Shown: in pieces, positions 1-11,500 of the stretch
Layout of the letters: each line of letters starts with the position of its first letter
Position numbering within the stretch: the first letter of the stretch is position 1
NCBI RefSeq assembly: GCF_964204645.1
Contig: NC_134034.1
Location: 13,901,062-13,965,061, forward strand
Length of the DNA stretch: 64,000 nucleotides
DNA from: Tubulanus polymorphus
Lineage: Eukaryota > Animalia > Nemertea
Direction of reading: 5' to 3'
Notes under the pieces: generated by a model
Databases searched by the model: none
Told to the model about the DNA's origin: nothing
Seen by the model: the letters and a program-made list of their open reading frames with translations, nothing else
Program-made: the position numbers and the translations under genes

Positions 1-790
1 CTCGTGATGTCATCAGGTTCAAATCCCTGTGAGGGAGGATGTGTCTACTAGGACAGGGGTTTGTACTGTTACAGAGTCTCATGATGCCATCAGGTTCAAA
101 TCCCTGTGAGGGAGGATGTGTCTACTAGGGCAGGGGTTTGTACTGTGATAGAGTCTCGTGATGTCATCAGGTTCAAATCCCTGTGAGGGAGGATGTGTCT
201 ACTAGGACAGGGGTTTGTACTGTTACAGAGTCTCGTGATGTCATCAGGTTTAAATCCCTGTGAGGGAGGATGTGTCTACTAGGACAGGGGTTTGTACTGT
301 TACAGAGTCTCGTGATGTCATCAGGTTTAAATCCCTGTGAGGGAGGATGTGTCTACTAGGACAGGGGTTTGTACTGTGACAGAGTCTCATGATGTCATCA
401 GGTTCAAATCCCTGTGAGGGAGGATGTGTCTACTAGGACAGGGGTTTGTACTGTTACAGAGTCTCGTGATGTCATCAGGTTTAAATCCCTGTGAGGGAGG
501 ATGTGTCTACTAGGACAGGGGTTTGTACTGTTACAGAGTCTCGTGATGTCATCAGGTTTAAATCCCTGTGAGGGAGGATGTGTCTACTAGGACAGGGGTT
601 TGTACTGTGACAGAGTCTCACGATGTCATCAGGTTCAAATCCCTGTGAGGGAGGATGTGTCTACTAGGACAGGGGTTTGTACTGTGACAGAGTCTCATGA
701 TGTCATCAGGTTCAAATCCCTGTGAGGGAGGATGTGTCTACTAGGACAGGGGTTTGTACTGTGACAGAGTCTCATGATGTCATCAGGTTC
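1..790. repeat. 77-bp tandem satellite (~10 copies, runs off window start), intronic to CAPN7; monomer contains Pol III B-box-like GGTTCAAATCC
   Basis: Monomer ctcgtgatgtcatcaggttcaaatccctgtgagggaggatgtgtctactaggacaggggtttgtactgttacagagt recurs at 1, 78, 155... with few substitutions. Confidence 0.97.
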
Positions 791-837
791 TAATTCCTGT
801 AGTGAAGATGACAACATGAAATATGATAATGACAAAC

Positions 838-3800
838 CTGTTTTTCATATTTAGCGATGTAAGGGTCAATGATTTTAGTGAGTGAAATTTCACACGTTGA
901 ATAAATGCGAAGCGTGTAATGAATTGTGTTATTTTTCTCGTATTGTGAAACGACGAGACTGTAGTTCTTCGTGCCGCGATCCTCAACCAGTTTACACAGA
1001 TAATGAGGGCTGTTTATCCGCACGCCGTCCTTATACGGGGCAGGATCATCTGCGAAAACAAAATCAAAATGAAATACAGCATTATACTGCACTTCTTTAA
1101 TCTAGGCTCATAGACCATAGACCGGGGGCCAGTTGCACAGTCGTGACTTATGTCCAAAAGTGGTCTTAAATCTTAATTAAGACTGGTCTTAAGTTGTTAG
1201 ATTGGCTATAGAACTAAGTTAGTCTTAGACTGGTCTTAAGTCTAAGGCATGACTACGGAAACGGTCCCTGCAGGTGTCCAAGTTCAGAGACCAAATCCAC
1301 AGAATAACCTTGACCCTATCATTAGTTACTTACAGGGATAATAAACGCGTCTGCCTCCATTCTTATAAACGAGTAACGTAATAAATTCTTTATTCTGAGC
1401 GAAATCATCCTAGAAATTAAACAACAAAGTAAATAATCAATATTAGTCCAAATTTTGACCGAGACTAGTAAGGAATCATGAAACTAAGAGAGAGAGAGAG
1501 AGTTACAACTACGTGGCTGGACGGTTCACTTATTTACCTTATCAGTGATATGTCTAGTAAGTAGGATCCAGACAGGTGTAGCCTGCGTCGCTCTGATCTC
1601 TAGTCTATATTGAGGGTTGTCGCTGATGTTGTAAACATCTTTTTTCGGCCCTGATTTCGCTTGCCACGTACTGAAATGAGGACATAATGTCGTTTGTGTC
1701 TCAAATAATTAGCCACAACCGTTTTTAAGTTTTTGGGTTGAGCCACAGCTCAGTTACGGCGAGTACTGACCTATGAATGCAAGTCGTGTGAGTGAAAAGA
1801 TCCGGATTCCAATTGATGTAAATTACATCGTAAAATTTCATCAGAGATGAATAGTCAATCCAGAACACACCTGAAACACATATTTTAGCCTCATCCATGT
1901 GTTCGAGACTTTAAATTGAAAAAGAACTACACACACCAGACACTCTCCACATTCCCAGCATTAAATGTTTGGAGAGGAACAACCGAGACAATAAATCTGA
2001 GATAAGAGAAACAAAAATAATTTTACCATTGTCGACCATTTGAGCACTTTTTGGATCGTAATTCAGCAATTTTTGCATGTCCGGCGTCCAGTTATTTGTG
2101 TCTGATTCGGAGAAGTTTCCTTTCCAACGCAAATGGCTCCACGGGTTTTTTAACATCATCAGTTTTTTGCCCTGGACCGAAAAAAAATTCAATTTTGATT
2201 CGCCGAATCTTTTGAAAAAATTAATACAGCGCTGCCCCCCGATAAACCGGAACTACGAGTCCACTTGTAGCCAGCAGTGATTGTATTAAGCTAAAAACGG
2301 TTTACAAATCTTTTTGAAAAAATCGCTTACCTTCACTTCTCTAATATCTAACATGGCGTACGCATGAGTCGGTACGAGACCCGCTCGATCAGCTTCCGAT
2401 TCTGAAATCTCGCCCGTCGCCACAGTTACCAGACAGTGACCTTGATGAAAACGATCAAGGATTTTCTTGAATTCTTTATCGGGTTGGAATTCGTTTGAGC
2501 CGACTCGAATTGAAACACGCTCCGGAATCCAACCGGTCAACGCGTGTAAATCTATATTCTACAAACGAGAAAAACGTTTTCTATTTCAGCAGAACAAAAC
2601 ATTTCAAAAGTGTTTTTTCATTGCTGTGTTTTTTGGGTTTAAATCTTACGGAATTTGATCCCGGAAAGTTATATCCACCCATAACTTTCATGTACGCTTT
2701 CTCTAACAGCGAAACCCACAGTTCACCTTTATTGTTGGAAAATGAACAGAGCAGGTCGCCATAGCGATCTACCGGCAGACGATCATCTATAATCACCTAA
2801 ATCATAAATAGAGAACAATAAGAGAACAATAAGAGAACAATAAGAGAACAGCAAGAGAACAATAAGAGAACAGTGCATCCTTGATGTCACAAATATACAA
2901 CATTTAAATTGTAATCTGCAATGAATAAATGATTTCTTGTTGGTCTGACGATCAATGAGATTTTGTCATAAAACTGGCAATGAGAATATTGCCAACGCTA
3001 CACGCTGTTAAACTATCACACAACCACACAATATTAGACATTAATATTGTATCTGTCCAGGTGTTTACAAGGGAAGATGAGTAGATGTTAATCAAATGGT
3101 TCCTTTCGAGAAACAGCGCCCCTCGTCCGAGATCATTAACCGACAGTGAGAATGAATCAAAGTGACTTCGTACATACCTTCCTTAAAACACCATTAATAT
3201 TGAGTTTCACCATGTATTTACCACATGGATTATAAACAGGGTTGCCCTGTCGATTCTGAGGGTGAATTATACTGAAATAACAAAATTGAAAAACATCACG
3301 AAATTAATTAACAGACCCTGCACATTTCTGCAGTTAACTCTAAAACCATTTGACTCTGAAAGCCGTACACAGTTCTGGGTTACATTTAAACTTAACGTCA
3401 CCTGACATTGAAAGCCAAAACACAGTTCTGCTTATATAATCAATTATACAACAGGCAGTCTGATTGGTGCCACCTATTTACATTTGTCTCACGATGCTAA
3501 CAGGATTGAATCTCTTAGGAAGGACGAGTTAGATATTGATGGTGTAACATTCACATAGGACTACCTGGTGATCAATTTCTTTTTGAATCTACGTTCGTAC
3601 TGAGCGCTAATAGCCAGCGACGCGACGAAAGAACAATCGGAAACTATTGTCTGAAAAATAAAACAGAAACCGGTTATACACGTTAAACCCTTTCAGTGCG
3701 TCTACACCGCAGTACAGTGTATAAATCAGTGATGGACTTAGCTTATACGCCGCATTGCAGTGTAGACGCACTAATAGAATATCGTATATTTGAACAGGAC

Positions 3801-6800
3801 TAACTGGGTTGCCATTAAGTGGACCAACTGTAGGTTGACCGACTGTTAGTCACGCCACCTGGTGGTATTGTAGTAAAGTTGAAACTTGCCTGTTTAATAC
3901 TGAAACTGGACACAGCCATGATCATCTGAGGATGATCATAGAGCTCATCGGGACGAACCAATTTACTGAAATCTTTTTTCTGTTTCGGTGATAATTCCAG
4001 GGCTCCGTGTTTATCACTGAAAACAGAAAAATAGAATTTAATGCATTATCTATAGCTCAAACCCAGGAAATATTCGTTTTTATTTTAGATTTCTTATTTT
4101 ACCTGAACGGAACTGGATAAGCGAATCTTTCCTTCATGTCAACGGACATAAACGGTACATACTCCCGACCGTTAATGAACGATGTTGTTCTAGAAAAATA
4201 AATACTATCAACAATGAAAAACAGGCTGCCTGGTTGCCATCTTTCACGACAAATTTACATTTCCAGAACTTTACAGGCTGCCTTATCGATATCCTAAATC
4301 CCAGAGATGCTAGGGCCAAAGTACCAAAATTCCGGAATTTAGAACGGGGGGTCAGAAAAATTCTCCCCCAGGAAAAATTTTGCGTTTTTGCATCACCGGA
4401 GATGCAGTATCACGATCGGCATCTTTCATCTGAAAATACGACGGCAGGCATTCGTTGTGCTTCACATCCCTCGCTGCCTTCTTATGCCGCGCGCTATCCG
4501 GGTGACGAAGAATATCTTTTTTCCCGCCACTACCGTATTTGACCTGGTCTTTACAAACGACGCTGTACGCCACGCCAGCTAAGTCTAACTTATGAATGTA
4601 GTTCGATAAGTAGTCCCCGTTACTGTCCTTACACTCTAGCCAGTGCCAGTTAAATTTATTTTTTATACCGCTGTCAATTGCCTTTATATCGGCCGACTCC
4701 CGACTGACAATCTTTCCGTGCGTGCTCATTTTGCAGACCGTCCCGCTTGACAGCTGCAGGCAAAAAGAAAGTTACAAAGCTGCGTGCCTCAGGACATAGC
4801 ACGCGCATGGTTATAATTAAGATGATATTTATCAAATATCATCTTAATTATTACCACGTGCATCTTCACATTGTTGGCCGTCAGCGGGACGATGTACAAC
4901 GGCGCGTAAAGATAATTGTAAATGGCGTCACAACAGTGGCGCTCCACCTATGCACGCACAGATACCACCACAGGCACACATATATACATTGTAGCAGAAC
5001 ATCCTCGGAAACGGAGACCAAGATAAAATAACACAGAAGCGACAATGAGTACAAGCAAACGAACGCTTTTACGGTCCGTGCCATTACTGGTCGCCGCGAG
5101 GAATTCTCACCAAATTTCCGGAATTGACATCGGCGATCCTAAATTTCCGGAATTCCGGATATTTCCGGAAAACTAGCATCTCTGAAATCCACGAAAACAT
5201 GTTTCTATTGCCCTTAATCCAACTATTATATCTGCCTACCAAACAATTTACAAACCGCCAGCAACTACGTAGGTTGCCTGGCTGCCATTTAAGATTTATC
5301 AAAAATTTAATTTTCAGCAGCTGCTAAGGCTGCCTTGTTGCTGTTTTTAATTTACCTTAATACTTGTATTTCTTCTTTTGTATAACCGGCAGTACCTGTG
5401 ACACGCCTTGCAGCAGGTGCAGCTGCTCCGACCGAACTTGCAGCAGGTGCACCTGCTCCGACTGAACTCGGAGCAGATGCTCCTTTATTACCAGTGTCAT
5501 CAGAGAATGCTCCGAATCCTAATGGAGGAACGTAGCGTTCTGTGGTTCGACCGGTCGATGTGGCTGTCACTCGAGGGCTCGGTTTTAGTTGATGCTTTAA
5601 AGCCTCAGCCCGGTCTAAAGCTTTCTCCGCTAAACTTTTTACTTTATCTTGTAATGCAGCATCTTGAGTTTCATTTCTCTGAAAAAACGTGTTGGAACAT
5701 GATAATTGTGACATCGTTTACAACTGATGGCTTCTTCTGGAGCCTGATCCAAATCTTCAGTCTAGAAATAGTCTTCAAATGGTTTACAGAACTTAACCAA
5801 AAATCGTTCTCCAACAATTTTAACTCAACGGTTTTTAAGCTAAAATCTCTTCATAAACTTTCAGTGCAGGCGTCCAACTGTGCACTAGGGCATAAATCTG
5901 TAGCTACTGAAAGGGTTTAACCAAATTTTGCTTTCCTAAGTTACTTAAATCCCTTTTTGAAGACTGAAGAGCGAGGTCGTGTGGAGGGCGACTTTCGATG
6001 CTTACTATTTTCAGGAACATTTCTACGGCTTGCGTGTAAAGTTCTACAGATTCCTCTAAATTATCTCCCTCATCTTCGTCGAAGGCTTGACGCAACAAAA
6101 ATTCAGCGCGTTCTAAATCACACTGTAACCAAACATTAGAAATGTTTAATTTTTAAATTTTTATACATCTCAGCACTTTTTCTTTTTCCCTACCTTTTTG
6201 CTCACCTGATGTTGTGTTTTTAACTGAGATGGCTGAGAATTCTGTTCTTGAACTGAAATAATTGGATGTTTTTCATAAAAAGGTTTGAGACGAATGGACA
6301 TCTTCGATGGCCCGAGGAAGTAAAGACCATAGCTAGAAAGATGAACATTAATTTAAGGTTCTCCTGAACACTTTTTGAATATTTTTCAGATGGCCTCGTA
6401 TCGTAAGGTGTACGAGAATCAATTCCTCCAGATCTTCTTCATTGAATATGAAAGTTTGAATATCACTGAACAAAAGAAATAAGAATCATACTTACGTAAA
6501 CTTTTCAGAGATTCCGAACGCAAAATATATTCATTGGCTTTCTCTACGACGGAACTAGCCCCACCCGGGCTGGACATAGCAGCTGTCAACAACGCCTGTG
6601 CTGCCTCCTATCAATAGATATATAAACTAGATGTGTCACTATTGAACCCCTGGTTCTGAACCAATTGAATTGGTTCTACTCCTGGCACCAGGGGGCAGTG
6701 ACAGTTAACATGTAAAAACCGTAATGAACCAATCTCCAGTTGTTTTGGTTCCATAATGAATCTACTCGGTTCTAGCAAACAGGCCTCGAGCTATTTAAGA

Positions 6801-6979
6801 CCATTTTCACAGCTGGGCCCGGAGTCTAAGGGAAAACAATCTAAAATTCAAGAATAATTGAAGTTGTTACGTACGGTATAGTAGAATATGGCAGCCTGGT
6901 ATTGTCCTGATTTATCATTGTTGACGGCTAAATGTGCGAAATTAATCGCATCTTGCGTTAATTCCTGTGGGTCGGCCAT
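838..6979 (-). CDS. CAPN7: Calpain-7 (PalB homologue: two MIT domains + CysPc + calpain III), 3'-partial. Exons 6979-6875, 6607-6496, 6252-6206, 6122-6006, 5678-5356, 4189-4103, 4016-3890, 3650-3565, 3271-3178, 2796-2650, 2558-2331, 2171-2027, 1870-1771, 1670-1538, 1409-1334, 1049-838
   Basis: N-terminus [41 protein letters not shown] is MIT-like. Catalytic-triad motifs [22 protein letters not shown] and [12 protein letters not shown] are present, plus [11 protein letters not shown]. All exon phases join in frame at GT(GC)-AG junctions. Confidence 0.96.
1125..1268. mobile_element. PIF/Harbinger (Tourist-like) MITE, ~145 bp; second copy in opposite orientation at 13009-13148
   Basis: GGGGCC-type termini, imperfect palindromic body (ttgcacagtcgtgactt...aaggcatgactacggaa); close reverse-complement match to 13009-13148. 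Confidence 0.75.
2808..2872. repeat. 11-bp minisatellite (aataagagaac) x~6 in a CAPN7 intron
   Basis: Direct reading of tandem units. Confidence 0.85.
3695..3772. repeat. 78-bp imperfect hairpin (probable small MITE) in a CAPN7 intron
   Basis: agtgcgtctacaccgcagtacagtgtataa pairs with ttatacgccgcattgcagtgtagacgcact. Confidence 0.65.
4302..5184 (-). mobile_element. Internally deleted hAT-like DNA transposon (883 bp) in CAPN7 intron 5, with a truncated transposase-like N-terminal ORF (4352-4729)
   Basis: Perfect 12-bp TIRs CAGAGATGCTAG (4302-4313) / CTAGCATCTCTG (5173-5184). Flanking direct repeat AAATCC at 4296-4301 and 5185-5190. Subterminal TTCCGGAA repeats. ORF carries a degenerate zinc-finger-like motif (AYSVVC...LRHPDSARH). 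Confidence 0.85.
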
Positions 6980-7172
6980 TTTACCTCAATCGCGAAGAGA
7001 GTGGGTACTTTCTCCGCCAAGTAGAACACCAATACACTGCGATCACCTTCACTCTTTGAAAGAAAGATAATTGTTATCGTATAGTAAAACTCCAAACTGG
7101 TTTAATCAGGATCATGAGTTTAATCCAGATATTTCCATAGCTAGGCTGAGCCTATCATCAGGGTTAGAGAAT

Positions 7173-7316
7173 CAGTAACCTGTCTGTGGTGGATTAGTAT
7201 CTGTGGATTAGTTTCTTGATCGGATAATTTCAGTTCCACAAACCACACGTTGGTATTGGCTTATTGGTATATGCCCATCCGATTATAAAAGGCTTACCAC
7301 CAACGATTAGGTTACA
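7173..7316. mobile_element. Short interspersed element with AGTAACCT...AGGTTAC termini; a related copy is split at 17684-17734 and 18468-18522
   Basis: Shared blocks tcagtaacctgtctgtggt...acaaaccaca and cgttggtat...gcccatccgattataaaa(g)gcttaccaccaacgattaggt. Confidence 0.6.
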
Positions 7317-7718
7317 AACTAGGTTAAGTGTGGTGGTTTGCCAGGCTGGGAAAATAAAATCCCAGGGGTATCTTATTTGAAGGTTTTTCCTCATTAATTG
7401 ACATTTGACAGCCCAACAGATCTATCCGAATTTGTTCACGGGGCGACAAAAAACAAGATACTAAGAAATCAGATTCAATCACCACTTCAAACACCGACAA
7501 AACAGCTTTTAGGCTTAAGACCGAAAATAAAAAATATTTTGACAGGTTTTACCTCGGTTTTCGAGTAAAGCGCCGTCTTGCGGACGTCACTAATCGGGGG
7601 ACATTACTTCGGATTATTAAGATGTTGTAGTCCGGATTTTAGTGCTGCCAGTGCAAGAAAAATCCAGTGCAAGAAAATCCGAGTAAATGCAACCAACAAC
7701 ATCTAGTGTTGGATCCAT

Positions 7719-8258
7719 GTGTTGGCCTGCTAATTAAACGTAGAAACCCTATTGTTGGCCTGTTTAATAAACGTAGAAACCCTATTGTTGGCCTGTTTAA
7801 TAAACTCAGAAATCCTAGCGTTGGCCTGGTGAATAAACTCAGAAACCCTAGCGTTGGCCTGGGTGAATAAACGCAGAAACCCTAGTGTTGGCCTGGGTGA
7901 ATAAACGCAGAAACCCTAGTGTTGGCCTGGGTGAATAAACGCAGAAACCCTAGTGTTGGCCTGTGAATAAACGCAGTAACCCTAGTGTTGGCCTGTTTAA
8001 TAAACGCAGGAACCCTAGTGTTGGCCTGGTGAATAAACGCAGTAACCCTAGTGTTGGCCTGTTTAATAAACTCAGAAACCCTAGCGTTGGCCTGGGTGAA
8101 TAAACGCAGAAACCCTAGTGTTGGCCTGGTGAATAAACGCAGTAACCCTAGTGTTGGCCTGTTTAATAAACGCAGAAACCCTAGCGTTGGCCCCTTAATA
8201 AACGCCGAAACCCTAGCGTTGGCCTGTTTAATAAACACAGAAACCCTAGTGTTGGCCT
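7719..8258. repeat. 33-bp satellite (~16 copies) between the divergent CAPN7 and PDIA4 starts
   Basis: Monomer gttggcctgtttaataaacgcagaaaccctagt; the same family occurs at 32836, 44511 and 58431. Confidence 0.95.
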
Positions 8259-8302
8259 GACGTACAGGGAAATAGTTCTCTCGTGCAGACGCTTTCAGCG
8301 AA

Positions 8303-8321
8303 CATGGCAAGCGCTTATTGG
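8303..8321 (-). promoter_or_regulatory. ERSE-like ER-stress element (CCAAT-N9-CCATG on the minus strand) ~250 bp upstream of the first PDIA4 ATG
   Basis: Plus strand CATGG-caagcgctt-ATTGG has the exact 9-nt spacing and one mismatch to ERSE CCAAT-N9-CCACG; PDIA4/ERp72 is a known UPR target. Confidence 0.5.
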
Positions 8322-8566
8322 TCGAATCGAGAGTTATTCGAATCGATACGCTTGATTTAAACCCTAACCGGCGATAATTCTTATATCTTCCCAGGGAATA
8401 GAATCTCTGAGTTAAGAAACGTTTTGTTAGTTTCGAATAAGTATTTCTTACAGAATTCAAGCGAAGGAAATTGAGATCTATTTGCAGCGCGGACATCGAT
8501 TGAAATTTCACTGTCGGCGTTACTTTCATTTCCGGGTTCACAGAAAGTGGCGAAAAACTTCTCATA

Positions 8567-11500
8567 ATGACGGTTTCCACTAGATTTTGGCTGTGTTTCG
8601 GCTGTTTAATGGTGATAGGATGGATAGCGGCTGTAAACGGCCAGGCACAAGGTAAAAATAGTGGCTCAGTAATTATTTGTTCCACGGAGACGCTGAAAAA
8701 AGCTTTTTTGTTCCAATAAAAAAATTGAATTTGTTTTCCTCTTTTTGGTGATTTCGTTAGGCCTACGCACCATCAACCATGTACCCCAGAATCTTTTAGG
8801 GTTTTTGGTGAATTTTCGACTAATAATGAAATCAATTAAAATGATTGGAGCCTTGAAGTTGACATTAAGGTCTGACATCTTCTTGTGCGCCTTCAAACAG
8901 AAAGACTTCCATGTCCAAAAATGTTTTTGTCTGAAGAATTCCAGGGCCTGCCTCTATCTAGCAGTAAGCATATTTTGTTACCACCATCGATCGCAAATTT
9001 GTAGTTCATAACATATTCTATTATTGTGGTTATTCAACGAACCCATCAGCCTAGATTGTTTCCTTGAAAAAAATTTAAAATGCCTACTCGACAAACTTTG
9101 ATTTTATTGTTATGTTTAGTACCTATGGTAGAACCGATCAGAATCAATGTAAATGACCCTGAATTCAATGGTAAGTTGATTGTTTGAAGTTAAAATCCCG
9201 AGTTGAAACAATTTCCAGACGCTTTATTTCATTTTTAAGTATTCTAAATGTTTAGTGTAGAACTAGTCAATCTTCCCTCTCTTTCGCATATCGGTAGGGT
9301 TAATTAAACCGAGTGGATTTTCAAACTTCTGATTTAAATAAGCGTATTATGTAAATTGGTAACCAGGAAATAAATATGACCTTGCGCTGTTACAGTCTAG
9401 TCACAGTTAGAGATCAGTAATGCTTGAACCGTGCTTCCGAGTGGAAACACTAGATTTATAAACTCCTTACCTCCATTGTTTCATCGCATGTTGCCGGGAA
9501 ATTCGGTTTTGCTTTATTTATTTCTATAATATCATTTTATCGGTAAATAGTTTTGTGATTTAACGAAGCCACATTTTGATTGAAATATTGATTTTGTTGA
9601 AATGCAGAAGAGAAAATAAGAAAAGTTCTGGAAAAAAGGATGCACGAATACAAAGGAGACGGACCTGCTGTTTTCATGGCCACAAATAATCCAGGTTCAA
9701 AACATTATTCATGTAGATCATACTCTCATAGTTGTGGCATTTTAGGGTGTTTTAGTTAGTTATTATCTGTAGGCCTAGGGTATGATTTGATACGTCGGAA
9801 AGTGGGAATATTTCTCAGTAGTATATTTTATGTATTCAATTAGAAGTAAGTAAATATTTAATTCATGTAGAACTTAAATGCTTTATGATGGTTACATCTG
9901 AAGTTGAGTCGAATGTCAAAATATCCGATTCATTTGAAATAGAATTAAACTGACTCAGTTTAGGTAGAATTCTATTTAGTAGTAATTTCTAATCGAGGTG
10001 AGTTTACATGTTTTATTAACAGGTGGCGCTCAAAACTCAGGTGCTTAAAATCAATTTTTTTAATCCTTTTCCCGATCCTTTCACTGCTGATGATTGTGAT
10101 TGTATATTAATGTTTGGCAGGTGCTGCCATCTATAGAGATTTTAGATAGTTAAGGGAGTAAAAGATGAGTGAATTTACAACTGATAGCTAGGTTGACGCG
10201 AAGTTGACGCGGTAAAAGGGTTTTCAATACGTTTCTATCAAAAATAACGTAGTAACGTAGAAATTTTTGTAGCTGTTCATTTATCGATTATTTTTGATTT
10301 TTTGTGCGTTAGCGCAAAAAGTAGCGATGGATTTAAGCGATATGATCATGAAAGATGCTCGCTTGAAACCGACCGACACTCAACGAGCCGATGACAAACA
10401 ACACAAAAACCAACGAGGTGACGATTTTTTAAATCGCGTAAAAAATCCTGCTTCAACCAAATGCTGCCTCTTCTGCCAAACGCTCTAAGGACCAGCCGAG
10501 AAGTTTTTTATTGGTATAAGGCTTTTTTCAGAAATAATTCTAAGATTCTCTTTTTCACGTTCTGCATTGTTGGTTGTTTTTTTTTTCAAATTTGCATTTT
10601 CAATCCTATTGGCTTATCAATGGAAAATGTGGTTTTAATGGTCAAATGGTCAACTGCTTCTTATTTTTGCTAATGAACACCATGAATTCCTAAAGAATAT
10701 CTTTTATGATACTTTTTGCTATACGTGATATAATTTGCCGGAGCATAGATGGAATAATTTCATCATTCGTTAAAGAATCACGAAGGAAAAATGTTGAACT
10801 TACAAGAAATTCTTTGAAAATAGTCTGAGAAGGTATTTTATTCTTATTTAGAAAAAAATTGACGTATTAGAGCAAAATAAAAAGAACTCAGAAAAGATAA
10901 GAATCACTAAAACATTTCATAAAAGACCTTCAAAAATGTCTTTGTTTTGACGAGGTTCCAGTCTTCAATTAACTACTAGAACTATGTAAATTCAGTCCGT
11001 GGATGTTAGTTATAAAACCACGTCATCATTTTTGATATAAGTTACAGGTGATATCAATTGACTCGAATATATTCATCGATTCTTGTCAATAATTATAATA
11101 TGATTGTATCGTAAACCGCAGACTGAGAGTTTATAGATCATCGCTAGAGTAAAATATGAATGCCAACATCTGGGACTCGTGTGTCGTTGGTTAAAGCTGG
11201 CATCAACTGATTGGTTGATCGAAGTCAACTTCAATGGATTGTTAACGAGAGACTCCTTTACGCACACAATGTACACCTGGATATCAAAGATTGTAAATGG
11301 CTTGTATAGAATCTATTTTCTAAAAGCCATTAAGTACATATTTATGAATTGTAGATGTGCTCATCTACTGACAGTGTAATCATTTAAGCCGATTGACATA
11401 AGCTGCAGTTCCAACAGTTTGTGCTAAATCAGAGTTAGAAAAGGCACATTCGATGTGAGGTCGATTTAATCCTACTATGAAAAATCACTTAGATTGATTT

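Noticed and set aside
5410-5470. 30-bp duplication in CAPN7 exon 5 ([20 protein letters not shown])
   Set aside because: Ordinary low-complexity linker variation between the MIT and catalytic domains.
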